Below, piece by piece: positions 20,735 through 31,533 of a DNA stretch of 64,000 nt. Under the pieces are notes generated by a model that was not told where the DNA came from, did not search any database, and worked only from the letters and a program-made list of their open reading frames with translations. The stretch's first letter is position 1. Every line of letters starts with the position of its first letter. Source of the DNA: an uncultured Gammaproteobacteria bacterium. Its GTDB lineage: Bacteria > Patescibacteriota > Patescibacteriia > CAZSQN01. A program made the position numbers and the translations under genes. The stretch spans positions 152,066 through 216,065 of the forward strand of contig CAZSQN010000002.1 in NCBI GenBank assembly GCA_964609095.1, in the 5' to 3' direction.

Positions 20735-23015
20735 TGTTGTTGTTTAATTTCTCATTTTCGCGGCGGCTGATTTCCTCCAAAAAAGCTTGCGCTTCGGCCG
20801 CGTAACTTGAATCCAAGCGAACCGCTTCCGCCGCGGCTTTCCGCGCCTTGCCAAATTCGCCAAGTTCAAGCTCAACTACGGCAAGCTGGCCAAAATAATT
20901 TACATCGTCATCTTCCAGCTTGATGTCGGCCAAAAGCAAAACGCGCAAAAGCTCATAATCGCGCTCTTGTGCCGCCAGATCAGCCGCGAACTTTCTTTCT
21001 TTGGAAAGAAGGGGCAGATAATTAAATTTGTCTTTATCAACCAAAACTCCGTCAATCAAATCGTAATCAATGGTTTTTAACTCTTTGCCCAAAAGCGCTT
21101 GCCGCCATTCGCGAAGCGCTTTGCCGTTTTCCCCATTATAAGCATAAGCAATGCCCAGCCGCCAGCGCGCTTGGCCGATGTCGGGATTAAAACTTATTGC
21201 TTTCTCCAACAGCGATACGGCTTCGCCTATTTGCCGTTTTAGATATTTTACCGACGCCAGCTGGAAAAAAAGCGCTTGCCGCCGAGGCGAGTATGGCTCG
21301 GCCGCCGCGTAGGCCTCTTCGGCGGCGTTAAGGTCCTCCGGACCGAAAAGGATCGCGCGCTCAAGATACAAATTTCCCAATTCATAGCGATAGGCAAAGT
21401 CGTTTGGCGCCTCATTGATGTTTTGTTTCATTTCCAAAATAGCGCGGTCCAATAAAACCCTGGCGTCTTCTTTAGTCATGGAATCCGCGTCTTCAAACAC
21501 TTTGTTGGCCAGCCGCAAACGAAAATCGCGGATTAAAGAGGGCTTAAAACCGCTTGCTTGCTCAAACAAAACCAGCCCTTCTCGCGCCGCAAGAGGCGGC
21601 AGCAGTTCAAAAGCAAACATTCTCTTGGCGGCTCGCGCGTTCGCGAGCGTGGGCGCAATGGCCAAAACGGCGAGAAGGCAGCCCAAAATCAAACCCGGAT
21701 AATAGCCCCCTTTTGGTTCTGCTTGTTTTTCCGTCTCTCCGCCGGCTGGCAGAGCATACGCGGAAGAAATATACGCCAAAACAAACATCAAATAAATCAA
21801 GCTGGTCGGCGAATCAAAAGCGAAAAAATTCTGCGCGGCATAAGCGGCAAGCAAAGAGGCCAGAATCGCGCCCTCATTTTTGCTTTGATTTTTATTCTTC
21901 ACGCTTTTGATGATGGCCAAAATCGCGGCGACAAAAATGCCCAGATAGGCCAAAAATCCCAGAACGCCGCCCATAACCAGCATATCCAAATAAGTATTAT
22001 GGCTTCTGTCAGACCATGTTTCCGACACGCCGAATTTGAGCAGAGCCGGGTCATATTCTTTGTCAAAAGCGTAATCAAAATTTTCCCAGCCCCAGCCCAA
22101 AGCTGGCCGCTCGCCAAAAGCGCGAAGCGCCGTGCCGTATATCAGCAATCTCTGATTTGAACTGGCTTCTTGCAGGCCAAGATTTGTAAAACGTCTGACC
22201 GTATTGATTGTCGTTTGGTTGCCGGCGGCGTAAAGAATAATAACTAACATCAGCATTGCCGCGACAATAGAACCGATTTTTAAAACCGCGGACTTGCGTC
22301 GCTCTTTCGGCTGCAAGATTGTGAAAGAAACAAGAGTGAAAAGCGCGCCGGCAAGAAATCCAAAAAACGCGCCGCGGCTCTGGGCAAAAAGCAAAGCGAC
22401 AAAAATCAAAATGGAGGAAGCCAAAAACAAAAAACGGTTTCTTTTCCGGGCGGATAAAAATAACTTGGCTGAAATAAAAAGCGGGAAAAGAAGATAACCG
22501 CCGTAAAATATGGGATTGCCCAAAGTTCCCCCGACGCGGCTGCCGCCTGTTCGCGCGTATTCCCCTATGCCCAACATGGCCATTAACACTCCGACGGCAA
22601 CAGCTAATAACAAAAGCTGTTTTTTTGCCGCCACAGAACGGCTAAAAGCGAAAAAAAAGATAAAATACGCGGCCAGATAATGAAAAAAATTAAAAAGCCC
22701 CAGAACGCGGTTGTCGCTTCCCCAAAAACTCTGATAAAAATCAATTCCCGTTATCGCCGTAATCGCCAAAACAGCGACAAAAATCAATAAAGCCGCCGCG
22801 ACGGGATTATTTCTTATGATTCGCTCGCGCCGGCGCCAAAAAAATACGGCTCCGAGCGCGGGCAAAAGCAGGGCGATAATAATCTGAATAATCACGGCCT
22901 TGCCCAAAACATCGGGATAAAGAACCCTTGGCAAGACATAAAACGGCGCGAGCAAAAGCAAACACGCTCCGACAAACGTTATTTTTTCTAAAATCTGATA
23001 TTTGGATTTTAACAT
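20727..23015 (-). CDS. O-antigen ligase family + TPR, paralogue 3
   Basis: SFWG, GTLGNP, SRGA, RPALGWGWEN, DRSHN; TPR-like C-terminus. Confidence 0.85.
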   Translation of the reverse strand: MLKSKYQILEKITFVGACLLLLAPFYVLPRVLYPDVLGKAVIIQIIIALLLPALGAVFFWRRRERIIRNNPVAAALLIFVAVLAITAITGIDFYQSFWGSDNRVLGLFNFFHYLAAYFIFFFAFSRSVAAKKQLLLLAVAVGVLMAMLGIGEYARTGGSRVGGTLGNPIFYGGYLLFPLFISAKLFLSARKRNRFLFLASSILIFVALLFAQSRGAFFGFLAGALFTLVSFTILQPKERRKSAVLKIGSIVAAMLMLVIILYAAGNQTTINTVRRFTNLGLQEASSNQRLLIYGTALRAFGERPALGWGWENFDYAFDKEYDPALLKFGVSETWSDRSHNTYLDMLVMGGVLGFLAYLGIFVAAILAIIKSVKNKNQSKNEGAILASLLAAYAAQNFFAFDSPTSLIYLMFVLAYISSAYALPAGGETEKQAEPKGGYYPGLILGCLLAVLAIAPTLANARAAKRMFAFELLPPLAAREGLVLFEQASGFKPSLIRDFRLRLANKVFEDADSMTKEDARVLLDRAILEMKQNINEAPNDFAYRYELGNLYLERAILFGPEDLNAAEEAYAAAEPYSPRRQALFFQLASVKYLKRQIGEAVSLLEKAISFNPDIGQARWRLGIAYAYNGENGKALREWRQALLGKELKTIDYDLIDGVLVDKDKFNYLPLLSKERKFAADLAAQERDYELLRVLLLADIKLEDDDVNYFGQLAVVELELGEFGKARKAAAEAVRLDSSYAAEAQAFLEEISRRENEKLNNNNE

Positions 23016-23021
23016 TTGGAT

Positions 23022-25256
23022 TTATTTGTTCTCCATCGTCTTCAAAAACAATTCCGCCTCGTCTCTGTAAGACGGGTCCAATTTTGCCGCCAAAAGCGCC
23101 TCTTCGCGCGCGTCCTCCCAGCGTCCGATTTCTTTGTAAACAACGGCTAATTGGGCGTGGATGTCGGCCCGCTCCGGCGCCGCCTCCAGCGCGGCTTCCA
23201 AATAAAGCTGGACTCCGAAATAATTTTTTTCTCTGGCCATTAAGGTGGCGAGAATCAAACGATTTTCAACCTCGTGCGGAATAAATTTTTTCCTTGCCGC
23301 TTCCAAAAGCTCTCTGTCCGCGCTAACAATATCTCCCGTTTCGCGTAGCATTGCCCCGTAATACCAATGCGCTTCCCCCACCTCCGGCTCCAATTCCACC
23401 ATCTTGCGGTAAATCTCCTTGGCGTCTGGAAGCCGCCCTTGCAACACCCGCAATTTAGCCAGGCCGAACCATGTTTGCTGGCGCTTGGGCGAAAGGGCAA
23501 TAGCCGCCTCAAATTCTTTCTCCGCTTCATCATTAAAAGACGGGTCATAGTTAAGCGCTTCAGTGTATAATCTGGCCAGCAGATAGTGATAATAAACGTG
23601 CAACGGGTGGCGGGCGATGTTTGCCTCAAGCGCGCGCCGGGCAAAATCAAAATAATCCTGAAACTGTTCCGGCGGTATTGATTTTTTGATTAAAACGCCC
23701 ACCACAATCTGCGCCGCCTGCGTCCGCGTTTCCTCCTTATATGGAGTCGGCAATTTTAACGCTTCGCGAAAAAGAGGAATGCTGCGAACATCGCTGTAAT
23801 CAGTCGCGTAAACAGTTGATTGCAGCATGGCGTCGGAGGCGACCATCGGCTGCCAGTTTAATTTGTAAATCATAATTCCAGACGCCAAAAGCAATATGGG
23901 GAGAAGAAATTTGGAGTTTTGAGTTTTGAGTTTTGAGTTTGTTTCGGATTTCGGGCTTCGGATTTCGGGTTTAAATTCTCCCATCTTCGAACTTCCAACT
24001 TCCGCCCTCTGGTTCACTCCGGAGAGCAAAAACAGAAACAGAAAAAATGAGGCGGGGGAATCAAAAGCAAACAGATTTTGGATAAAATACATCAGAAGCC
24101 CTATAGAAAAAATCCGGCCTGTCAAAGCGCCCCGCCAGAGCCGATAAAACGCGTAGCCCAAAAGCGTGAGATAGGAAATAAGTCCGAGAACTCCGGAATG
24201 AATCAATGTCTCCAAAACAATATTGTGCGGCCTGTCCCACCATGTTTCATAATATGAAAAGCGCAAAAGAGACGGATTGTAATACTGATTAAAGGCGATG
24301 GGAAAATTCTCCTGGCCCCAGCCCAAAAGAGGCCTCGCGGCAATGCCCTTAAGCGCGACCTGCCATCCCAAAAAACGGGTGGTAATAGTCACTTCTTTTA
24401 AGGAGGTGACGGAAAAACGCCGCAAAGCCGGAATTGACTGAAAAGAAACCGGACCTTTGCTTAAAGATAAAAACAAAGCCATTGCCAAAATAAAAACGCC
24501 GGAGGCAACCGCGGCTATTTTTAGCCGGCGCGAAATCCTTGTTAAAACAAGGGCAACAAGCGAAAATACCAAACCGGCTGCAAGAGCTATAAGCGCGCCG
24601 CGCGTCTTGGTGGCCAAAATCATAATGATAAAAAAAGCCGCGGCCAAAAAAGCAAACCATCGGCGCCATCCGCTTTTTCTAAAAGCCAAATACAAGGCAA
24701 ACGGCAGATACAGAATAAAGGCGGCGGCAAGAAAAATAGGATTACCCAAAGTGCCGGCAAGGCGAAATCCCAAATCAACGCCGAAAATAAGAATGTTCCA
24801 CAAGCGCAAAAGAGCGACAATGCCCAAGGCAATACCTCCAAGCACGGCAATAAAATACGCGCGCTCCTTCCATTTTTGCTCGCCAAAAACAGAACGCGCC
24901 ATTAAAAAAAATACAATCGCGTGCAGCTGGGTGATAAGTCCCATGCCTCTTTCTTCCGTTCCCCAAAAACTGCGCAGAGAGTCAACTCCTAATACTCCCG
25001 CCAAAACGCTCACGGCAAAATAAGCCAGTAAAAGTTTAGAGAGAGTGTCAAACTTCGGCCTGTATTCCGGCGCGCCGACTATCAAAACTATAAATAACGC
25101 CAAAAATAATTCAACCGTTGCTTGCAAAAAAACAATCTTGCCGAAAACAAACGGATAAATTGTCCAGGGGGTTACGGCAAGCGGCAGGAAAAAAATAACA
25201 AACAAAAGCCCCCAGCGCAAAATGCTCAAAATTAAATTTTGATTGGATTTTGTCAT
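23022..25256 (-). CDS. O-antigen ligase family + TPR, paralogue 2
   Basis: SFWG, GTLGNP, TRGA, RPLLGWGQEN, DRPHN; TPR-like C-terminus. Confidence 0.85.
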   Translation of the reverse strand: MTKSNQNLILSILRWGLLFVIFFLPLAVTPWTIYPFVFGKIVFLQATVELFLALFIVLIVGAPEYRPKFDTLSKLLLAYFAVSVLAGVLGVDSLRSFWGTEERGMGLITQLHAIVFFLMARSVFGEQKWKERAYFIAVLGGIALGIVALLRLWNILIFGVDLGFRLAGTLGNPIFLAAAFILYLPFALYLAFRKSGWRRWFAFLAAAFFIIMILATKTRGALIALAAGLVFSLVALVLTRISRRLKIAAVASGVFILAMALFLSLSKGPVSFQSIPALRRFSVTSLKEVTITTRFLGWQVALKGIAARPLLGWGQENFPIAFNQYYNPSLLRFSYYETWWDRPHNIVLETLIHSGVLGLISYLTLLGYAFYRLWRGALTGRIFSIGLLMYFIQNLFAFDSPASFFLFLFLLSGVNQRAEVGSSKMGEFKPEIRSPKSETNSKLKTQNSKFLLPILLLASGIMIYKLNWQPMVASDAMLQSTVYATDYSDVRSIPLFREALKLPTPYKEETRTQAAQIVVGVLIKKSIPPEQFQDYFDFARRALEANIARHPLHVYYHYLLARLYTEALNYDPSFNDEAEKEFEAAIALSPKRQQTWFGLAKLRVLQGRLPDAKEIYRKMVELEPEVGEAHWYYGAMLRETGDIVSADRELLEAARKKFIPHEVENRLILATLMAREKNYFGVQLYLEAALEAAPERADIHAQLAVVYKEIGRWEDAREEALLAAKLDPSYRDEAELFLKTMENK

Positions 25257-27496
25257 TGCCGGTTGGAAAGGTCCTCCACCGCGCCTATAAATTCTTCCAC
25301 ATCGGCGCGCCTTCCCGGATCAAGCGTAATTGCCTTAAACGCCTCGGCTCTGGCTTCGTCAAATCTGCCTACGCTGGCGTAAACCGCCGCCAGCCGCAGA
25401 TGCAGGCCCGCGTCATTTGGCTCGGCTAGAGAGAGCCGTTCCAAAATCGGAATTATTTTTTCATACTTCCCGCGCGAGGCGTAAAAATCAACCACAAAAT
25501 TAATGCGGCGGATAACGCTCGCGCGAACATCTTGAAGATTGGAAACATAATTAGTCGCCGCCGCCTTGTCAAAGGCCACTTCAGCCGCGTCATATTCTCC
25601 GGCGGCAACAAGCGCCATGCCATACATCCAATATGACTCGCCGTGCTCGGGATTGGCAAGCGACAGAGCTTTAGCGCGCGCCACCGCTTCCGCCGCATTC
25701 CCGCGAGCCAATTCCATTTGCACGCGCATAATGGCTGTTGTCTGCCTGCCGGGCGCCAGCGCTTCGGCGCGATTAAACATTTCTTCTGATTTTTGGAAAT
25801 ACGCGCCGTCAAGATATTCGCCGGCAAGAGAAAAAATCTGCGCCGAACGGTAAACAAGAGGATAAACTTGCGGATGCGCGTTGGCGGATTTCTCCAGATA
25901 AGCCGCAAACTCCGGAAGAATTGATTTGGTTACGGGAACCGGAATAACTCCGGCCGCGTCGCCTTTTAAGATATCATCGGCAAAAATCTTGGCAATCTCA
26001 TCGTGAAGCGCCGTTTGCGTCCGCAGAGCCGATAAAAAATCTTTTTTGAATTTTTCAAAATCCCGCTGTACAACGTCTTTTTCCGCGCGAATGGCGTAAT
26101 AAGAGGCCTTAACGGGCAAAATCGCTCCGGCCCAAAGGAGCCATAAAATAACAAAAAAACTTAAATACCGTCCGGCTCTTCCCAGAACAAAACCAGGTGC
26201 CGCGGCGCTTTGCTCCGAAAAAATTTGAACATCAATAAAGGCAAGCATGGCCGCAAAAAGAATAAGCGCGCCAAAAGTGTCAAAAAGAAAAAATCCCTGT
26301 CCCAAATAACCCATAAGCCCGCCGGCTAAAAGCCCGGCCTCGCTTATGGGAAGCTGGAAGCTGGAATCCGGAAGCTGGGATATTTTACGGCGGCAAATGA
26401 GCCAAATTGGAATTGCAAAAAGAGCGATAAAAGAAATAAGCCCGACAATGCCGCTACTGCCCGCGATTTCCAAAACAAGATTATGCGGCCGGTCTGACCA
26501 CGTTTCGGAATAAGAGTATTTTAACAATTCCGGCCGATAAAACCGCGAGAACATTATCTCATAATTTTCCGGTCCCCATCCCAGCAGAGGTCGCGCCTTA
26601 AATCCGTCCAGCGCGATTTGCCAGTTGATGATTCTGGTTTCGGCCGTTCCTTCGCGCAGGAGCGAGCCCAGCGCTTTTCCAGGCGCGCTCTCGCGGCCTA
26701 AACCAAAATAGATAAACAATGAAGCGGCAATAAGGACAATCGGCAAAACAACGCCGGCAATGCCTAAAATCCGCGCGAAACGCCGACGCGAAAAGATAAG
26801 CAAAATCAAACCGGTTGTGAGCGCGCCCAAAAACAGTCCCATTATGGCGCCGCGGCTTCCGGCGGCAAAAAGCGCCGCGGTTTCGGCAACAATAACAACC
26901 GTCAAAAAAATTTTAATCTTGCGGCCCCTCTCCCGAGAGAAAAGCAGGGCGGTGAAAAAAATAATTAAAACAAGATAGCCGGCAAAAAAGCTGGGATTGC
27001 CGAAAGAACCGAAAAACCAATCGCCCGAAGAGCCAAAAAGGCGCGAGCCGGCGCCGGTGAATTTTTGCGCAAAACCGATAATCGTTCCCAGGCCTCCGGA
27101 GACGGCTATCATTCGCAAAAATTGAAGCTGTTTGCCGCGGCTTAAAAGCGCCTGCCTTAAAAGCAGAAAAAACAAAAAAAGAAAAATAAAAAAAATCGTG
27201 CCGGTTCCGCGCATTTGGTCGCCCCAAAAACTTTTCTCCGGATTCTCTCCCAAAAAGCCGGTAAAAAGCCGGATTAAAATATAAGCGCCAAAAACATAAA
27301 AAACAGCCGTAATGTTTAATCTAAACCCGCTCCCGGAAAAAACAAAAACAAGAAAAGACAAACCAATGATTGTCTCAAAAATGGCTTCCTTGCCCGAGAG
27401 ATGGGGAAAAAGCACGCCCGGAGTAATAATAAGCGGCAGGAAAAATACGGCTAAAAGCGCGCCACGGATTGCTTTTTCAATTTTCTGCTGATTCAT
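25253..27496 (-). CDS. O-antigen ligase family + TPR, paralogue 1
   Basis: SFWG, SFGNP, SRGA, RPLLGWGPEN, DRPHN; start at ATG 27496 (the ORF extension upstream is repeat-derived). Confidence 0.85.
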   Translation of the reverse strand: MNQQKIEKAIRGALLAVFFLPLIITPGVLFPHLSGKEAIFETIIGLSFLVFVFSGSGFRLNITAVFYVFGAYILIRLFTGFLGENPEKSFWGDQMRGTGTIFFIFLFLFFLLLRQALLSRGKQLQFLRMIAVSGGLGTIIGFAQKFTGAGSRLFGSSGDWFFGSFGNPSFFAGYLVLIIFFTALLFSRERGRKIKIFLTVVIVAETAALFAAGSRGAIMGLFLGALTTGLILLIFSRRRFARILGIAGVVLPIVLIAASLFIYFGLGRESAPGKALGSLLREGTAETRIINWQIALDGFKARPLLGWGPENYEIMFSRFYRPELLKYSYSETWSDRPHNLVLEIAGSSGIVGLISFIALFAIPIWLICRRKISQLPDSSFQLPISEAGLLAGGLMGYLGQGFFLFDTFGALILFAAMLAFIDVQIFSEQSAAAPGFVLGRAGRYLSFFVILWLLWAGAILPVKASYYAIRAEKDVVQRDFEKFKKDFLSALRTQTALHDEIAKIFADDILKGDAAGVIPVPVTKSILPEFAAYLEKSANAHPQVYPLVYRSAQIFSLAGEYLDGAYFQKSEEMFNRAEALAPGRQTTAIMRVQMELARGNAAEAVARAKALSLANPEHGESYWMYGMALVAAGEYDAAEVAFDKAAATNYVSNLQDVRASVIRRINFVVDFYASRGKYEKIIPILERLSLAEPNDAGLHLRLAAVYASVGRFDEARAEAFKAITLDPGRRADVEEFIGAVEDLSNRQ

Positions 27497-27500
27497 AAAT

Positions 27501-27665
27501 ATAACTGATATTAGGTTTATGAAGAATTGTTTTATAAATTTAGCCAAAAATTTAGGTTTAAACTTTGCCAGTTATTTGTCATTCCCGCGAAAGCGGGAAT
27601 CTACGGGTTCAAATTCTGGATTCCCGCTTTCGCGGGAATGACATAAAAAACCCAATATCAGTTAT
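27501..27665. mobile_element. ~165-bp composite repeat: TIR TAACTGATATT(A)GGTTT enclosing a dRS3-like REP doublet (27577-27643)
   Basis: Near-identical copy at 37318-37479; inner TGTCATTCCCGCGAAAGCGGGAATC...GATTCCCGCTTTCGCGGGAATGACA. Confidence 0.8.
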
Positions 27666-27722
27666 GTCGGCATTTATAATATATTTTGTTAACCCGCTCG
27701 TCAATGGCTGATAGCCCAAATT

Positions 27723-27757
27723 CAAACCCCCACGCCAATTATTGGCGTGGGGGTTTT
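27723..27757. terminator. Hairpin aaacccccacgccaat-attggcgtgggggttt (terminator or REP-like)
   Basis: Perfect inverted repeat downstream of the S-layer-like gene; related hairpin at 44631-44663. Confidence 0.55.
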
Positions 27758-27805
27758 GCGAAGAAGCGTCTTTATCACGCCTCCCGGCATCCTGCTAAAT
27801 AATTA

Positions 27806-27852
27806 GTCCTTCGACTTTCACTCAGGACAAACCCTGAGCTATGCCGAATGGG
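27806..27852. repeat. REP-like doublet (CCTTCGAC..CTCAGG / CCTGAG..CGAATGG)
   Basis: Imperfect inverted pair directly after the stop of the 1226-aa gene. Confidence 0.5.
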
Positions 27853-30800
27853 TTAGTAGGAGAGCGTCTTACCGACAAGCGGCAAGCTGTCAACATCAGT
27901 CAGGTTGGTGATGTATTCATCAGACCACTGAACTGGCGACTGACCGCCGGTCGCGCCTGTCTGGATGCCCACCGACAAGGTGTCGTTGGCTCCAATGTCG
28001 CTGTTGGAAGTATCCAAAGTGACAATGACGGTGCGAGAGCTATTACCCGCGATTTCAAGGTCAGTGAGGTTTCCTTCAGTAAGCTGCGTGTCCTGGGCAA
28101 ATCCTCCGCCTGTGTGGTTCATCGTTGTGGTGGCAAGCAGGTTAGCCGCGTCAACTGTCTCTTTATAGATATTCATTACTGCTCTTGTGCCGCCAATCGG
28201 GAGCGAGATGCCGGATGAGTTCACATCAAGGTTCAACTGCTTCAAGGTGATAGTGTAACCGCCCGGACTGGTGTTAGTGAACACAAACTTGGCAACCGTT
28301 GCTTCAGAGCTCTTGGTCTGGAGTCCTGATGGAGCGTCAGAGGCGTGAGCAACCGTGAGCTTGGACTTGAGCACATCAAACACAACCGCTTTAGCTCCGC
28401 CGCCGGTAGTACCGGTTGTAGGACCGATTATCAAACCGGCAGTGGCTGTGGCTCCGCCTTGAGTAATCTTAATGCCCGAGCCCTTGCCTGTTGCTTCTAC
28501 CGCATCATTGAAGCCGGACGTCGCACAATCCCAGTCACCGGTTGAACCAACTGTTGCGTCGCCAGCGAGAGTTCTGCCGCATGGAGAACCTTCCGCAGCG
28601 CTGTCATGAACAGTGGTAGAAGCGCCACCCATCACAAAGAGACGGTGAGTAGAAGATGACTGTCCGCCGTCCGCAAATGGGGTAAGGTCAGCTTTAACCG
28701 TAAGGGTCAGGTTGCCTCCCTTTGGCACTATTAGTCCGCCGCCGGAAAGACCGGTAAGGTCAAATACCGCGAGCGGCACGCTGGTGTTGTAGGTTGTGGT
28801 ATCCAGCGAGGCAAGCGAGCCCAAAAGCGTTGAGCCGTTCCACAGCTTCACGTTCTTAAGAGTACCAGTGGAGTTAAACGGCACCGCGGTGTTAGTGGTC
28901 ATATCATCGGCAACCACAAGCTTGGTGACCAAGATGTCTTCAGCGTTGGACTCTTCAGCCAGTTTGAACTTGGCAAATACCTGTTCGGAAGAGCCAAGCG
29001 TTAGCTGGGAAGCGGCCGGATCGCCGGAAACAGAAGTCACGCGCAGCATTCCCTTAGTGGCAATGAAGAGATCCTGGAGCGAAACATCAGTGGTATAGCT
29101 TGTATCAGTTGAAGTGGTAACGCCGGTGGCAGTCACTTTGTCCGCGATAACTTCGCCGTTTACGTCATCAGTATTCACATTAGAAACAGCCGCCGTGGTG
29201 CTCTTAATGTCAGCATAGACATCAATAACTATTTGTTCACCAATGCCAACGCGAAGCGACGGCGATACGGTAAACTCGTAAGTTGTTGAGTCGGTGTCCG
29301 TAAGAGTGCCGACTGTTGTGCCGAGCTGGGTAGTGCCCTTCTTCAATTTCATATTGATGAAGTAGTCGGCAAGGGTCACAGTGTCGCTTGTTGTATCAAC
29401 GTCATCCTTCAAAGTAACGCCGGTGATATCCGATTCTTCAGCTCCGCCGGTAATGACAAACGAGCCAATGCGCACGCCGGTCAAGCCGGGCACGCCAAGA
29501 GGCCTGGCGGATGTGTAGCTGGCCAAGCTGGTATTCTTAGTGACAGTCAGAAGGCCAGAACCAACCGTTACTGTTCTGCCGGAAACCGCGGAAGTGCTAA
29601 TGGCCGTAAGCGAAGTGCGTCCTTTGGCGTTGGACGAACCAGCTACCAAAGCGGCGCTTAATGTTTCGCCGCCGGCAACTGTCGCGTCTGTCAAGTCAGC
29701 CCTGTATTCAAGCACTTTGGTTGTCCCGGCCGCAATGGTAAAGGTGTTGCCAAAGCTGAAGTCAGTGCCGGTTTCGCTCGTGTCATCGCAGTCATCAGTT
29801 GATTGCGTAGTGCCGACCTGCGAACCGCCAAGGGTAAGCTTGATGTTGTCAAGGTTGTTAGTGGTGTCAGAGCTGTTGCAGGAAGTGTCCAAAGTATCAA
29901 CTTGAACGTCTTCGCCGGCAGCAGTCAAATTCCACTTAGCCAAAAGCACATTGGTCGCTCCGTCAGGCACATTGCCGGCTGGAGCGTCCGGATGAATTTG
30001 GATGGTGAGCGAGCCAGTGTTGATGGTGGTCGCGCCTCCGGCTTGAGTTACGGTAAAAGCGGCGGAATCGCTGGCAAGCACGGTCTCAACATTGTAGTTG
30101 AGGTCCCAAGCCACAATATCGGTTGTGTTCTGCACCGAGAAGCGATAAGTGCGATTTGTTCCGCCTTTAATGTCGCCGCGAAGCGATAACTGCTTGGTTG
30201 TGCCCGAAAGCATCTTCAAGCCGCCATCAGCCATTCCGGAGAGATCAAGCGCAAGCTTGCCGTCGCCCAATTGCGCGGCTGTCGCGCCCAACTGCGTGGC
30301 GCCGTCCATCAGCTTGATGTTCTGAAGGTCGTCAGAATCAACCGAGCCAACATTGGTCAAGGTTACGCGCTTAACAAGCATGTTCTGGTCGTTGGCATCA
30401 AACTTAAAGCGCCAGAGCTCAAAGTTGTCTTGCGGGTCAACAGTTGTTGCCGCGCCCGGAGAAACGTTGGCAACTTCAACATAGCCAAGGTCAGTGACCG
30501 AAGCCACGGTGAATTGATTGCCGACTGCCGAGCCGGAAACCGATGAAGCGTCAGAAGTAACATCTGCCGAAGCCAAGCTCCAGGCAACTGTTTTTCCGGA
30601 AGTGGTGTTATTGTCAATATCCATCTTCAAGGTTACATCCTTTGAACCGCCAGCCGGAACAGTAAAGAGTCCGGAAGTATTTTCAAAGGTGGCTACCCCT
30701 TGAGAAAGCGACTGGTTTTGCGTCAGACGAGTGTCGCCGTCATAGAGGTAGAGCGCGTCAATGTCAGAATCGGCCGTAATGCCGGTCCTGCGAACCAAAA

Positions 30801-31533
30801 GTTTGGTGACTTTTGCCGCCGCGCCGCTTGAAGCAAAGCGCATCTTTAACACTACGGCTCTCTGCGAGCTGCCATTGGTGTCATTGTCAGAGTCAGCGAC
30901 AATGGAACCGCCGGCCGGACTGTCAGACGCCGCGCTCACTTGAAGCGCTCCGCCGCCAGCTCCGCCTTCGGCAAGTCCCTTGTCAGAGTTAATGGTTGTC
31001 GCAGAATCCATTTGCGCCGCTTTATCAAAATCGGATGCTGAACTAACCGCCGAACCAACAGTGTAGTTGGTGAAGAAAGCATCCGGTACATCGTCAATTT
31101 GCGTATTCCAATTCGCTCCGTAAAGCGAAGTAGCGACTGCCTCGGAGGCAACATGCCTCAAGACGCCGCCTTTTGCCACCGCGTAAACCTTGGGGTCAGT
31201 GGTGATTTTCACCATTTTGACGCCCGGGCGATAGGTGGCATTGCCGCCAATGGTGACCGCGGCCAATTCCGCATCGGTTACTGTTTTCACCGTGGAAAAG
31301 TCCGAGTACCATGTCTTGTATGTTTTTTCATTCGGGAATACGTAGCGCTTGCCATCCCCGCCGTAGTAATAAACGGCCGGGAGCGAGGCCTTAATCAAAT
31401 CACCGGAAGAAAGAGCAGCCGCTTTTGCCGTTAAAGGCACGATAAAAGTGGCAAGCCCAATTGACCAGGCAATGGTTGATACGGCCACGCCGATGTGGAG
31501 CGCCCGTTTCCCAATCTGTAACGTGTTAGTCAT
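27853..31533 (-). CDS. Large secreted S-layer/cell-surface-like protein
   Basis: Signal peptide (..TAKA), N-terminal GDLIKASLPAVYYYG..KRYVFPNEKTYKTW repeat module, long Thr/Ser/Asp/Gly-rich beta-type repeats. Confidence 0.75.
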   Translation of the reverse strand: MTNTLQIGKRALHIGVAVSTIAWSIGLATFIVPLTAKAAALSSGDLIKASLPAVYYYGGDGKRYVFPNEKTYKTWYSDFSTVKTVTDAELAAVTIGGNATYRPGVKMVKITTDPKVYAVAKGGVLRHVASEAVATSLYGANWNTQIDDVPDAFFTNYTVGSAVSSASDFDKAAQMDSATTINSDKGLAEGGAGGGALQVSAASDSPAGGSIVADSDNDTNGSSQRAVVLKMRFASSGAAAKVTKLLVRRTGITADSDIDALYLYDGDTRLTQNQSLSQGVATFENTSGLFTVPAGGSKDVTLKMDIDNNTTSGKTVAWSLASADVTSDASSVSGSAVGNQFTVASVTDLGYVEVANVSPGAATTVDPQDNFELWRFKFDANDQNMLVKRVTLTNVGSVDSDDLQNIKLMDGATQLGATAAQLGDGKLALDLSGMADGGLKMLSGTTKQLSLRGDIKGGTNRTYRFSVQNTTDIVAWDLNYNVETVLASDSAAFTVTQAGGATTINTGSLTIQIHPDAPAGNVPDGATNVLLAKWNLTAAGEDVQVDTLDTSCNSSDTTNNLDNIKLTLGGSQVGTTQSTDDCDDTSETGTDFSFGNTFTIAAGTTKVLEYRADLTDATVAGGETLSAALVAGSSNAKGRTSLTAISTSAVSGRTVTVGSGLLTVTKNTSLASYTSARPLGVPGLTGVRIGSFVITGGAEESDITGVTLKDDVDTTSDTVTLADYFINMKLKKGTTQLGTTVGTLTDTDSTTYEFTVSPSLRVGIGEQIVIDVYADIKSTTAAVSNVNTDDVNGEVIADKVTATGVTTSTDTSYTTDVSLQDLFIATKGMLRVTSVSGDPAASQLTLGSSEQVFAKFKLAEESNAEDILVTKLVVADDMTTNTAVPFNSTGTLKNVKLWNGSTLLGSLASLDTTTYNTSVPLAVFDLTGLSGGGLIVPKGGNLTLTVKADLTPFADGGQSSSTHRLFVMGGASTTVHDSAAEGSPCGRTLAGDATVGSTGDWDCATSGFNDAVEATGKGSGIKITQGGATATAGLIIGPTTGTTGGGAKAVVFDVLKSKLTVAHASDAPSGLQTKSSEATVAKFVFTNTSPGGYTITLKQLNLDVNSSGISLPIGGTRAVMNIYKETVDAANLLATTTMNHTGGGFAQDTQLTEGNLTDLEIAGNSSRTVIVTLDTSNSDIGANDTLSVGIQTGATGGQSPVQWSDEYITNLTDVDSLPLVGKTLSY

